Shown in pieces: positions 27,211-39,231 of a stretch of DNA of 59,297 nucleotides. Origin of the DNA: Gekko japonicus (taxonomy: Eukaryota); the NCBI RefSeq assembly GCF_001447785.1, contig NW_015176571.1, positions 50,204-109,500 on the forward strand, written 5' to 3'. Below the pieces are notes generated by a model that had not been told where the DNA came from, did not search any database, and was given only the letters and a program-made list of their open reading frames with translations. Every line of letters starts with the position of its first letter. Position 1 is the stretch's first letter. A program made the position numbers and the translations under genes.

Positions 27211-28443
27211 AGAGTAGTGTATTTGGGCCCAGAGACCCTAAAAGAAAATCCATTCCGTGTTTTTATTGCAACTCTACTTGTACTCTAATGTATTTCAATG
27301 GAGCCCATGCAAGTCAATTGGCATTCCTGGCTATTATTAGTTCCAATCGGCCTTCAAGCGTCTCCCATTATTTCCTATGGGCAATCCTGTCCTTCCTTTT
27401 AGTACATCCCTCTTCTGCATTCTCATTTTTGTCACTCGCTTGTCCCTATTGCTTTGGGTCCCTCCCCCCTTTCCCACATGTGTTTTGCTCCCTCTGGGAC
27501 TACTAGAGAGAGCAAAACACATTAAAGAGAAAGCCCTGAAACAATAGGAACACACAAGTGATGAAAATCAGAATGCGGAAGAGCCGAATGTTGATGAGTC
27601 CCAGTTACTAGCCTCTCAACATGAAGATGTGCTTTGTCCATCTTCACTTTATTAGATGCATTCAAATTTAAACAAGTTCACTGTAAATTATGATTTCTTC
27701 TCTCTTCCAGTGTGAATTTTCAATTCCAGGGCAGCAATAATGGTTTCCCAGAATCTACAGTACTTAAAGACAAAAGCTGATTGTAGCATAAGCTTCTGTC
27801 AGTTGGAACACATTACCCTCCAAAGATTAAGTATTTTGTGTATTCGTGGTTTTTTTAAAGGAAAATACCAGCACAATGGAATGATCAGTTACAGGTCTGT
27901 CCATATAAAATAGCTTGCTCAGAATACATCAAACCTTCATTGTTTGTAGTTTGCACACTTAAACATATTGCTGAAACTTCATTAAATAAAATACTTTTAA
28001 ATGAAGTCCAGCAGCCAATAAGTCCATTTTTAACATTCATATCAACTGAGTAGCCTGTTAGACTTGAACTGTTGATTCAACCACAGAAAATGCAAGTCAT
28101 TAACTCCCCAAAGACTAACAAATATTGGAAACCCTCCCAAAGTACTTCAGATACAACAAGAAAGTTCTCCCCTATTGTTTTAGGTTTCTTTTATTGAACA
28201 TAAATGTTTCTTTTAAGAGTATCAAGAGCAGGTATTACCAATACACAAGGTTCTCACTATACGTAGCATTTCATACTCATATTTGCAACACAGTACATGG
28301 CAGTATCCTACTTCCAAAAAATCAGGCCCTACCTCCAAGCACAGACAAGTCCAACCTTGTCCAGTAAGGCAAAACGTGGCCATTGATTTCAATGCAATGT
28401 GCTAGTCTGGCTCTGCATAGGATCATTCTGATTACCATAATAT

Positions 28444-28502
28444 GTCCATGGGGTTGCAAAGAGTCGGACTCGACTGTGCGACTGAACAACAACAACAACA
28501 AC
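28444..28502 (+). mobile_element. BovB/RTE-type 3' terminus
   Basis: GTCCATGGGGTTGCAAAGAGTCGGAC...GACTGAAC(AAC)n. A second, longer fragment lies at about 40130-40276. Confidence 0.7.
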
Positions 28503-29660
28503 GGTAACAAATACCACAAAGAAATTAGATCAAGATGGGTAGCTGTGTTAGTCTGTCTATAGCAGCTGAAAAGTGTAAGAGTCCAGCAGCACCTTAAAGA
28601 CTAACACATTTGTGGTAGGGTATAAGCTTTCATGAGTCTACTGCTACAAAGAAATTAGGTTATCTTCCCCATTCACAACACCTTCTGTCCTACAAGACTC
28701 ACAACACGCTCTCCCGAACATAATCAGTCCACTTCCCTGTCCCCACAAGCACAAGACAACCACCCTGAAAGTTTTGCTAACCCACAAACACACCATTTTA
28801 CACGTTTTTCACAACTCTCTGCAAAGGATGAAGTTTTGCACACACACACCAACCCGTACAGCTCTCCTTCTCACCATTTATTCCCCCACACTCACTGGGG
28901 GAAAAGCACTCCTGGGATCAAACAGGATCGCCAACTATGGCTTGTGCAATTCCTGGACAAATGGGGCAGTGGTTGGAGACGGGGCTCAACAGGGGTGTAA
29001 TGTATAGAGCCTACCCTCCAAAACTGCCATTTCCTCCAAGGGAAGGGATCTTTGTAGTGTGGAGACCAGTTGTAATTCCTGAACTCCAGGCCCCACCCGA
29101 AGGCTGGCAACCCCAATGCAGGATTCTTGAGCCAGTACTCACAACCAGATCCTCCAAGATCGTTGACACACAAAGACCTTCGCCCAGGAAGTACAAACGA
29201 AACTAATCCCTACCCCCAGAAAAATACATTCACCCTTTTCCCAATTCAAAAAAGGGTATCTCGATTAGCAAACAAGTTACACATATGTAGAAACCTTGCC
29301 CCCAATGGGGGGGAGGGGTGTCTTTCGGGCAAGCAATCTATTTTTCTGCCTTTGTTTTGTCGTCAAGGAACGCCGGAAGCCCTCCTCCTAGCACACACAA
29401 GGCTCTCTCATTCGCTTTTCTTCAACCAAATCCCTCCCCACTCCACAACCTTTTCATTCACCCAGATTTCCCTCCCCCCTCATTTATTAGTTGCTATTGA
29501 GGCCAGCCCCATTCGCGCAAGTAATAGAAACATTCCTCCTCCCTCCCCCCCCCACTCCCCCAAACTCGACTAGCCTTTTCTCACGTCTTGCACTCCCCCT
29601 CCCCATGTTGTGCGTCAATCTTGTGTACATTTACCCTGGAGAAAGCCCACAGAGCCTTAC

Positions 29661-30110
29661 AGCCACTTAAACATAACTAGCCTCTAAATGATCGGGTTTC
29701 CCCCGCAAATCCCCCCCCCATTCCTTCCTCCCGTTATCAGCAACCGCCTCAGTGCTGAGGATCCTCTCCCTCTTGCTTTTAAGAGGAAAACACATAATGG
29801 CGGCGCATTCTCCCCCCCCGTAAAACTTTCTTCCATCCCCAAAGCTCGTACAGGCGGACCCTGTGCCGTTCGCCTCCTCACACCTCAACGCGCAATCTAA
29901 ACGGCTCCGTTCGTCCTTCAACTCCCGCTTCCGCCTTCCTCGGAGACAGTGGCGTACACAAAATGGCGAACTCCTTCCCGAGCTGAAGCGCAGCAAAGGC
30001 AGAAAAATTAAACAGCCCCACCTTCGCTTGAGCAATCTGACCAATGACAGTGCGATGCATACGAAGTGTTAGCCAATAGGAACAGCGTCCGCCTGTTGCT
30101 AGGGTTGTGA
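29661..30110 (-). promoter_or_regulatory. PNRC2: PNRC2 CpG-island promoter and first exon (donor position uncertain)
   Basis: CpG-rich. YY1-type CGCCATTTTG (29959-29968). Two CCAAT boxes 32 bp apart (30041, 30073). Candidate donors TTGAG|GTGTGA (29884) and GGCT|GTAAGG (29661). Confidence 0.75.
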
Positions 30111-30380
30111 GGGAGGGCTTAGTGGGTGGAGAAAAGAAACGAGGAAAGCGGCTGTTGGTTGTTGTTTCATTTTGAATTACTCTACAGAAAGAGGGGCATG
30201 TCGGGAAAATGGGGGGGTGCTAATAGGATGAGGGAGAAACCAGTGGAATAAAGTAGGCAAAAGGGAGAGAAAAGAAATTTGGCAGACTTTTAGGCGTTTA
30301 CTACCGCTACACACACCCTTTTGGGGGGGGGGGCGGCAAATTCAAAAACTTGACCTTCTCTGAGGTCATGAAGTTGTGAG

Positions 30381-30779
30381 CATAAGAACATAGGAACACC
30401 CCTGTATAAGGAGAGCGTAAAAACATGCAAGCAGGTTCATTTAGTACAGCATGCTGTTTCACACAGTGCCCAACCATTTGCCCTGGAAGGTCAGCAAACA
30501 AGGTACAGAGACCAGGACCTCCCCTCCTGAGGTTCTTTCCTAGAGAGGTTGACTGCCTTTGGACATGGACTTTTATCACCATGCCTAGTAGCAATTGATA
30601 GGACTCTCTGTCATGAATTTGGCCAACCCCTGTTGAAGTCATCTGTGCTTCTGACCATTACTACGTCCACAGTGAATTCCACAATTTAATTGCTCCTAGA
30701 GTAATTAACTATTTCGTTTTGTCCTGAACATGTTGTCCCTCAACTTCATTGGGTACCATTGAGTTCTAGTACTTGGGGG
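30381..30779 (-). mobile_element. CR1 3' fragment, opposite orientation to the adjacent CR1
   Basis: CATAAGAACATAGG (reverse CR1 tail repeat), and ...GAATTCCACAATTTAATT... resembles the reverse of the CR1 3' region. Confidence 0.55.
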
Positions 30780-32540
30780 AAGAGAATTACAGGCCAGTCA
30801 GTCTGACGTCCGGGTAAATTGGTGGAAACCATTATTAAGGAAAGAATTAGTAGGCACATAGATGAACAAAACCTATTGAGGCAGACTCACCATGGGTTCT
30901 GTAAGGGAAGATCTTGTCTCACTAACCTGTTAGTGTTCTTTGAGGGGGTGAACAAACACATGGACAAGGGGGATCCAATAGATATTGTTTACCTTGACTT
31001 CCAGAAAGCTTTTGATAAAGTTCCTCATCAAAGGCTCCTAAGTAAGCTCAAAAATCATGGGATAAAAGGACAAGTCCTTTTATGGATCAAAAACTGGCTA
31101 ATTAATAGAAAACAGAGAGTGAGTATTAATGGGCAATTTTCTCAGTGGAGGGTGGTAAGCTGTGGGGTACCGCAGGGATCAGTACTTGGTCCACTGCTTT
31201 TTAACTTGTTCATTAATGATTTGGAGATGGGAGTAAGCAGTGAAGTGGCTAAATTTGCGGATGATACGAAGTTGTTCAGGGTGGTGAAAACCAGTGAGGA
31301 TTGTGAGGCACTCCAAAGGGATCTGTCAAGGATGGGCAAGTAAACAGTGAAGTGGCAACATGGCAAATGTGTTCAATGTGGCCAAGTGCAAGGTGATGCA
31401 AATTGGAGCCAAAAATTCTAAATATAAATACACATTGATGGGGTCTGAACTGGCAGAGATTGATCAAGAGAGCGATCTTGGAGTTGTAGTAGATAACTCA
31501 CTGAAAATGTCGAGACAGTGTGTGACTGCAATAAAGAAGGCCAATGCTATGCTGGGGATTATTAGGAAGGGTATTGAAAACAGATCAGCCAATATAATAA
31601 TGCCCCTATATAAATCAATGGTGAGACCTCATTTGGAATACTGTGTGCAGTTCTGGTCACCACACCTTAAAAAGGATATTATAGCTTTGGAAAAAGTGCA
31701 GAAAAGGGCAACTCGAATGATAAAAGGGTTGGAACACTTTCCCTATGAGGAAAGGTTAAAGCGCTTAGGGCTCTTTAGCTTGGAGAAAAGACGACTGAGG
31801 GGTGACATGATCGAGGTTTATAAGATTATGCATGGGAAAGAGCAGGTAGAGAAAGAGGTACTTTTCTCCCTTTCTCACAATACAAGAACTCGTGGGCACT
31901 CCATGAAACTGCAGAGCGGTCGGGTTAGAACGGATAAAAGGAAGTACCTGGATGGGCCTTTGGCCTGATCCAACATTGGCGTCTCTTATGTTCTTATGTT
32001 TTTATGAGTAATTACAACATGGAATTTACTGCCAGAGGATGTAGTGATGGTCACAGGCTAGGTTTGCCAGGTCTGGGTTGGAAAATACCTGGAGTCTTTG
32101 GGGGTGGAGCCAGGAGAGGGCGGGGTTTGGGGAGGGGAGGGGCCTCAGCAGTGTACAATGCCATAGAGTCCACCCTTCAAAGCAGCCATTTTCTCCAAGG
32201 GAGCTGATCTCTGTCAGCTGGAGATCAGTTGTAAAAGTGGGAGATCCCCAGGCCCCACCTGGAGGCTGGCAACCCTGTCACAGGCATAAACAGCTTTAAA
32301 AGTGGATTAGACAGATTCACAGAAGATAGGTCTATCAATGACTACTAGCCACGGTGATTAAAAGGAACCTCCACATTCAGAGGCAGTAAGGCTCTGAATC
32401 CAAGTGCCAGGAGGCAACATCAGGGGAATCCCTTGACCTATACACCCTGTTCTTGGACCTCCAGAGGAACTGGTTGGTCGCTGTGTGAGATAGGATGCTG
32501 GTCTGATCCATTAGGACTCTTTCTATGTTCGTATGTTCTT
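30780..32540 (+). mobile_element. 5'-truncated CR1 LINE (RT domain and 3' tail) with nested insertions
   Basis: NYRPVSLTS, YLDFQKAFD, GVPQGSVLGP and KFADD motifs. Frameshift near 31343. (TTCTATG)-like tails at about 31990 and 32530. Confidence 0.93.
32059..32277. mobile_element. hAT-type MITE nested in CR1
   Basis: TIRs TAGGTTTGCCAG / CTGGCAACCCTG. 8-bp TSD TCACAGGC at 32051-32058 and 32278-32285. Related copies at about 28923-29115, 33170-33378, 35156-35350 and 43100-43297. Confidence 0.9.
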
Positions 32541-32961
32541 CTGTTTGTGTGTGTAGCAATACATCAAGAAGACATATTTGCTCCTGTTGCATGGTGACTC
32601 CCTAATCTTCGGCTAGGACAATGTGGCCAATGAGCATGATGTGGCTCCAAAACTTTTTTATTTCGCATCTAGCAGCCCTGCCAAATCTAAATCAAAGTGT
32701 GGTTAACCAAAGAGAATGAGAATACCTGTACAGTCCTGTTCGAAACAGAATTAAACACTTGCAGTTAATTAGAAAAATAAAAGGTTTTCCAAGTTGTAAA
32801 AGGACCAAAAGTTCAATGCCACATATCTGTTTGGACAATTATGCTTCAGCACATGTGCTTTGTAAGTGTGAAGCCTTCACTGCTACCTGGTAACATTAAA
32901 ATACAATTATAGGTCATAGAGCACTGTCTGTAGAGTAGAGTGGCTCTCAAGGGAATGGTAG

Positions 32962-33170
32962 GGGCGGTGGAAAGTACCATCAAGTTGTAGGCCAAATTCT
33001 GGTGACCCCTCAAGGGGTTTTCAAGGCAAGAGACTCACAGAGGTTGTTTGCCCTCTCCGTATCGACCTTCACCTTCCTCAGTGGTCTCCCATCCAAGTAC
33101 TAACCAGGGCCAGCCCTACTTAGTTTCTGAGATCTGACAAGATCAGGCTAGCCAAGGCTATCTGGGTCAA
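32962..33170 (-). mobile_element. 5S rRNA-derived SINE (SINE3-like)
   Basis: Reverse strand reads GATCTCAGAAACTAAGTAGGGCTGGCCCTGGTTAGTACTTGGATGGGAGACC (5S internal control region), fused to a non-5S tail. Confidence 0.78.
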
Positions 33171-34560
33171 GTTGCCAACCTCCAGGTGGCACCTGGAGAA
33201 CTCCTGTTATTACAATTGATCTCTAGGCCACCAAGATCAGTTCCCCAAGATAAAATGGCTGCTTTGGAAAGTGAACTGTATGGCATTATACCCTGCTAAG
33301 GTCCCTTCTTTTCCCCAAACCCCCCAGCTCCATCTTCCAAATCACCAGCTATTTCCCAACCCAGAGCTGGCAATCCTAGTCAGGCGTCCCAAAGAAATAC
33401 AAGTGAGTAATAGATTGTAGGCCAAGAAAATACACTCATGTAGCTGTATTTTGGATTAATATTACCAGAATCACTATCACATTGATGTCCAATATACCTG
33501 TGGCCATCATGTCATCCACCAATGGATGTCTATGTTGAGGGAGACAGCAAGAAGCTACTTTTTATGTCCACAGCTATAAAATTTAAAATGGCTGCTTTCA
33601 GCAATAGAGGAAGTAGTCAGTAGATGGCTCAAAAAGCATGAAAAAGAACCCTTTCTGCCATGGGGCTGGCTGGCATCTTCTTTCTTGTGGCATGTGTTCA
33701 CCAGCCCACCAACCTGTCTGTAGTATGTGGCAAGGAGGGCCAGCAGCTTGTGGTGTAGCAGACACAGCTCTCATAAAAGTTGCAGAAGAATGGCCACCAT
33801 CACAGTGCATGGACAGAGCATCTCATTGTTCCTGTACCATGTTTGCATTTCTCTGTTCCCTTGCTTGTGCCTACCAGCCTATCTTCTCCGGGGGAAGAAA
33901 GGAGATCACAGTGGGCAGTTTAGTCCTGCTGAGATGGCCAACACGCAACAGCACCAACAGTTGACTCAGGTAAGAGAGCTTGCGTTCCCTCTTTATCAGT
34001 GTATGTGAGACAGAGAAGGGGGGGGGTCATAATCTGGAACTGGATCGGTTGTGTGTATATGCTTATACTGGGAGCCCACCAGTGTGAGTGTGCCTATATT
34101 TCTGGTTACTGTTTTGTGTGAATGGGGCAATGTGCAGACTTTCCACGCTGAGCATTTAAAGGAACTAGCAGACAAACTGTTATGTTATGACGCCAGATGT
34201 CGATTCGGGGGAGTCGCGGGGGATCGCCGTTCCCCGGGTGAGGTGCGGGAGGTGGGGCACACGATGAAGCTCCGCCCCCTGCTTCCGGCCACCCCACTTC
34301 CGGTCCTCATTCAGCCAGGAGGAGGCAGGAGAAGAGGGAGGGTAAGTTGCTTCCCCCCCGCCTCTCCCCACCCCTGCCTGCCTGGGGCCAGGGAGGGCCT
34401 TGGCGGGGCTTCCTCGCACTCCCTGGAGCCGCAAGGTCGGCGGTGGCGGCCGGGACCCTTGGGGGCGGGGGGCCTTCGTGGGGCTTCCTCAGACTCCCGC
34501 ACCTTTAAGACTAACAAATAGCACCTTTAAGACTAACCTTTAAGACTAAGACTAATTAGT

Positions 34561-34703
34561 GGGTGTGGCCTTATGACACACTTCCAGTGATGGCAGGGGG
34601 TGTGGCCTTATGACACACTTCCGGTGATGTCAGGGGGTGTAGCATATGCTAATGAGTTATGCTAATGAGTTCCCCTAGCTCTTTTTCTATGAAACGACCC
34701 CTG
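34561..34703. mobile_element. DNA-transposon terminal fragment with internal direct repeats
   Basis: Two copies of GGGTGTGGCCTTATGACACACTTCC and two of TATGCTAATGAG. Ends in ...GACCCCTG (hAT-like CAGGGG terminus). Confidence 0.5.
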
Positions 34704-36487
34704 TATGACGCTATAACAATATGAAAAATGCTGATTTTTTTAAAGCCTCCAGTGGCATGGGGGTAGGGGATGAATGCCAATATGGGGGACTGGGGTCAAT
34801 GTGGGAGGGACCAGGAAGACCTGAACTTTCCCATGTACATGGGTGCCACCTTGGCTTTGCTGTGATCTTTCCCAAATCATCTTAGCAACATCGCATTGCA
34901 AAGACTGCAGGAAAGATAAGGAAAATCTAGGAAGTGCACAGGAACACCATGATGGTGTCCAGGGAACAGAGGAAAACATGCTTCCCAATGGCATCTGAGC
35001 CAAGGGGAAAAAAGCATGTATGAGTGACTGAGATTCACTGGGCAGATTCAACGTCCCATTTTCCATGTAGGATTTTTCAGTCCATAGATCTCCTGTACAG
35101 TTTCACTGTCTACCCAATCACTATACCCTCAGACACTCAAACAGTTCCTGAAGGAGGGTTGCCAAATTCAGCTTGGGAAATTCCTGGAGATTTGGGAGTG
35201 GAGCCTGGAGAAGGTGAGGTTTGGGGAGAAGAGGGACCTCAGCAGAGCATAATGCCATAGAGTCCAGCCTCCAAAGCTGCCATGTTCTCCAGGGGGAATG
35301 ATTGCTGTTGTCTGGAGATCCATTGAATACCAGATCTCCAGGCCCCACCTGAAGGTTCTCATCCCTATCCCCCCCAAAAAAGCATTTACATGACATCCTG
35401 TTTCCCCCTGCTAGGTTTCCCATGTCTCTGCTCTGCAGGAAGATGGTTCCACCTTGGGAAGCTTTGCCCTACAGAAGCTAGTCAATCCTAGTAATTATTT
35501 CATCTAAGGAAGAAGGTATTAGGGATCTCTCCCATCAGGGATGGGCAACACAGGCTTCATCCAAATACAGGGACAATGTGATCTGTTTTCTGGCTTTGTG
35601 ACAGAATCTCAGCATCCATTGTTAAAAATGTAAGGTTCTAGCCCTCAAGGGTGTTAGAGATACCGATTCTTTCCATTATAGACATCTCCTACAAAAGATG
35701 CAGTAGCCCAAAAACTATCCAATTCCACAGATACTGAAGGATGAAGCAAAAAAAAAAAATAGTGGATCAGGTTTTTTTGAAGGACAGTTATTACAAACTA
35801 GGCTGACAACTTCTACCTTACCACCAGGAAATTATAGGCTGCCTTTACTTGTACTTCTGTTATTTTCTGCTGAGCACAAAGTTCCTTTCCTTTCAACAAA
35901 AAATGTGCCCCATGGTCAGTGAGAATTCCATAAACCACAATATATGCTGACAGCCAAGAAAAGTTCCTTGTCTGCTGAAAATAAATTATTATCACATGGG
36001 CTAAACTGCCAAGTAGATCCTTGATAATTCCTCGATCTTTCAAACATAGCCCTCACCACATGCACAAGTTCCTATGATTGTATTGAGCTTAACCAAAGAA
36101 CCGAGAGCAGAGAGAAAACAGTTCTTAGTGCTGTTCCACAAAAATTTGCACGAGAATTCCCGCAGTGTTTGAATGCTGTGGTTCTCAGCCTTTCACCTCA
36201 GCCTTTCATCTCAAGCATGGAGGCTTGAGAGGAGAAGGATGGAGCATAATGGCAGGGTCTCAATTAATTACTCTCAGCATCCTACAGTTAAGAATACATT
36301 TGCCCATCAATCTTGACATATTTATTTCCTTCACTGTGTTTTCCCCAGAATTAAACCCAGACAAATGGTAACTTAAGCTTGTTATTCCTGTTTTGTCCTT
36401 GAATTGGTCAAACATATTCATTATGCTGTATGCTAATTTACTGCTCACCCTCTACCTATATGTAAGGACCGGTGATTTCCATTTCAT

Positions 36488-36604
36488 TGTATCTGAAGAA
36501 GTGTGCTTGCACATGAAAGCTTATACCTTGAATAAAACTTTGTTGATCTTCAAGGTGCCACTGGCCTCAAATTTTGTTCTGCTGCTTCAGACCAACACAG
36601 CTAC
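36488..36604 (+). mobile_element. Penelope-like element terminal fragment carrying a minimal hammerhead ribozyme motif
   Basis: GTAT-CTGAAGA-A-GTGTGC-TT-GCACAT-GAAAGCTTA-TAC, followed by AATAAA and ...AAGGTGCCACTGG...AGACCAACACAGCTAC. Reverse-strand relatives at about 28537-28640 and 34495-34555. Confidence 0.7.
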
Positions 36605-37776
36605 TATAATCCAACTTTATCCAACTTCCTTGCACAATATTCCAGTGCAAGGGAAGCAGACATTACCCTTTACATGCAGAACACTCTAAATCCAACCCAC
36701 TGTCTTCTTTGAAATCAAAACTTTTAGAAAAAGGAGATACACCATGACACCTTCACTCATCTCAGCAGGGTCTTCTGCAGGTGCCAACCTGCAAATGGGG
36801 AAAATTGACTACTGCCTGTACATGCACTTTCTCCATTGTGGCCTCCACCTTACTGAATGACATGCCCTTAGAGGTCTGGAAGGCTCCACTCTAATGGCTT
36901 CAATGCTCCCAGTAAGCTGAGGAGTCTTGTGAGCAAAAATTCTACTTTGTGAGCTACTGGCTTTAAAGTTGTGAGTGAGCAATTTGGCTACTGCAATAAT
37001 TAGTTTGCTCTGGAGCCACCCTTCCTGAGCTAAGACAAAAATGTGTGAGCCGGAGGCTAAAAAACTCTGAGCTAGCTCACACTAACTCAGCTTAGAGGGA
37101 ATACTATATGGCTTTCTGCAAACTATGCAAAACTATTATTCAAGAAGACTTTTCTGCAGAGGTAAGAGTGCTATACTGTTCAAAATGGTTCTCAAAGGTA
37201 CTTGGATAAATGATGTAGGCTGTGGTCTATACTACTGTGTATAGATTACCATAAGTAGGATCGTACTATATAATTTTTGTAGCAATTAATGTGTTGTATT
37301 AATACTTATGCTGTGTTTCAGTTCTGTCTTTTAGATTTTTTAGATCGAGGTTTATAAGATTATGCATGGGACCTGGATCTATACTCTGATAGAGTATGTG
37401 GATTTGGTGCCGGTAATGTAGTCGTGTGACCTTTGAACGCAAACATTTTTCTGAGCCGAGAAATATTTCGATTCTTCCTTTGCGCCAAAATATAGATCCC
37501 ATGGAGACATTACCTCTTTTATTAGAAGATGATAGCAGACCTATCGCTCTTTTAGCTGCAAAGTTTTACCCACCTGTGGTAGATTTTTGCTGCCTTTCAA
37601 ACGGGGTCTAGCTTTTTTCTATATTTCAGTAAACGGCTTAAAACCGATAAATTAAGAAGCAGTGTGAGGTGGTAATTTTGCCCGGAGAAGGTGTTTTAGA
37701 ATCTGTACCCAGCCTCCCCCCAACAACCATTGTATTCAGGTTCCTGAATCAAAACTAGGGTGATTCTACCTGTTAC

Positions 37777-37933
37777 CTCATTGATTCTTCTTTCGAGTAT
37801 CTTCTTTGCCTCATGCAGAGGCACTGCTGAAAAAATTTACACAGCTCCATGACACAAGGGTTTATCTTAGGAGCCACAGTGGTAGCTGCAGGCAAGGTCA
37901 CAGCGGTCTCTCTCTTGGGGGCCTTCGGACATC
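37777..37933 (-). CDS. Exon of an HHLA1-like gene (GCPKAPKRETAVTLPAATTVAPKINPCVMELCKFFQQCLCMRQRRYSKEESMR); functional status unclear
   Basis: Acceptor TTGTATTTTCCCCCCCTAG|, donor GAG|GTAACA, open 157 nt (phase 1 to 2). Peptide closely resembles the HHLA1 C-terminal Cys motif as I recall it (LNPCLMELCQFFQQCLCMSQRSPRTEDMR). Confidence 0.82.
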
Positions 37934-38584
37934 CTAGGGGGGGAAAATACAATCCCAAACTAGTGTTTGGTAGCATCCACAGCAAATCCACAAGAATGAC
38001 ACACATGTAGACACACTTTATAGTTTATTTACGAAGATGGAATGTATTCCTTCATAGAGAAGAAGGCCTTTGCAGAGGTCCTTCAACACTGATAGCAGAA
38101 CAGTAGCAAAGGATTCTGGGACGTCATTCCTTCAGCCTATCGGTCTTGCTTCTATGGATAACTGTGCAGAGCTTGACTGAAAGCACTCTCTTATGAATCC
38201 CTTTGCACTGAATGATACCCGCTATAAGGTTTTTTGATGATCCTGAATTTTGTAATTTATTGGCAAGAAGACAGATCATTGTTTAGAGACAAAGAAAAGA
38301 GGTCATATTTTAAAATGCCAAGGCTGTTTTGGAAGCACCTTCACTGCATTCCTTCCACATGTGTTTCCTGTCCACCATCTAGCTCTGCGAGGGGAAAAGA
38401 AATTGGCAAGTTTCAAACATACACTGGTTATGCAAAGTGCTGATTGGCTAGCACTTATACTGTCACCAACCCAGTCCTGGAGATACTTGTACTTCAAAGC
38501 ACCACTTTTTTCATGATGAGGTGATAAATGGATAAACATATGAATTTTCATATGGCATTTTTTTTAAAGATGACTGTTGAACTA

Positions 38585-39060
38585 AAGCACTTCAAAAAGG
38601 ATGTGCACAGAATGGAGTGGGTGCAGAGGAGAGTGATGAGGATGATCGGGGGCCTGGAGACCAAGCCCTATGAGGAAAGGCTGAGGGACTTGGGAATGTT
38701 TAGTCTGGAGAAGAGGAGGTTGAGAGAAAACATAATTACTCTCTTGAAGTCTTTGAAGGGCTGTCACTTAGAGGAGGGCAGGGAGGTGTTCCAGTTGGTA
38801 GCAGAGGAGAGGACTCGCAAGAATGGGTTTCAATTAAGGGCTTCCATCTGGATCTTAGGAAACACTTTTTTACGGTAAGAGTTGTGCAAAAGTGGAGGCA
38901 ACTGCCTAAGGAGGTGATGGGCTCCCCCTCACTGGCAGTCTTCAAGCAGCGGCTGGACAAACCCTTGTCGGGGATGCTCTAGGCTGATCCTCTGCATTGT
39001 GCAGGGGGTTGGACTAGATGGTCTGTATGGCCCCTTCTAACTTTGGGATTCTATGATTCT
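38585..39060 (+). mobile_element. CR1 LINE 3' fragment
   Basis: VQRRVMRMIGGLETKPYEERLRDLGMFSLEKRRLR peptide and GATTCTATGATTCT tail. Confidence 0.88.
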
Positions 39061-39231
39061 AAATGGTGTCTGGAGGCTGAGCTAGCATTCAACTGGTGGA
39101 TATACACAGTTATTATGTTGCAGAAGAAGAGGAGGAGGAAGAGGAAAAGGAGGAGGAGGAGATTGGATTTATACCCCGCCCCTTTACTCAGAGTCTCAGA
39201 GTGGCTTACAAACTCCTTTCCCTCCCCCTCC

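Larger units (their letters stand above)
24307..27410. mobile_element. Foldback-type non-autonomous DNA transposon (Mutator-like), 3104 bp, in PNRC2 intron 1
   Basis: About 210-bp outer inverted termini GGGATG...CATCCC. Inner inverted arrays of a ~61-bp unit. About 250-bp central spacer. 9-bp TSD TCTTCTGCA at 24298-24306 and 27411-27419. Confidence 0.9.

Noticed and set aside
33080-33160. 5S rRNA gene; likewise tRNA genes at 7408, 39232 and 58172
   Set aside because: These are partial, diverged heads fused to SINE bodies and tails, not complete RNA genes.
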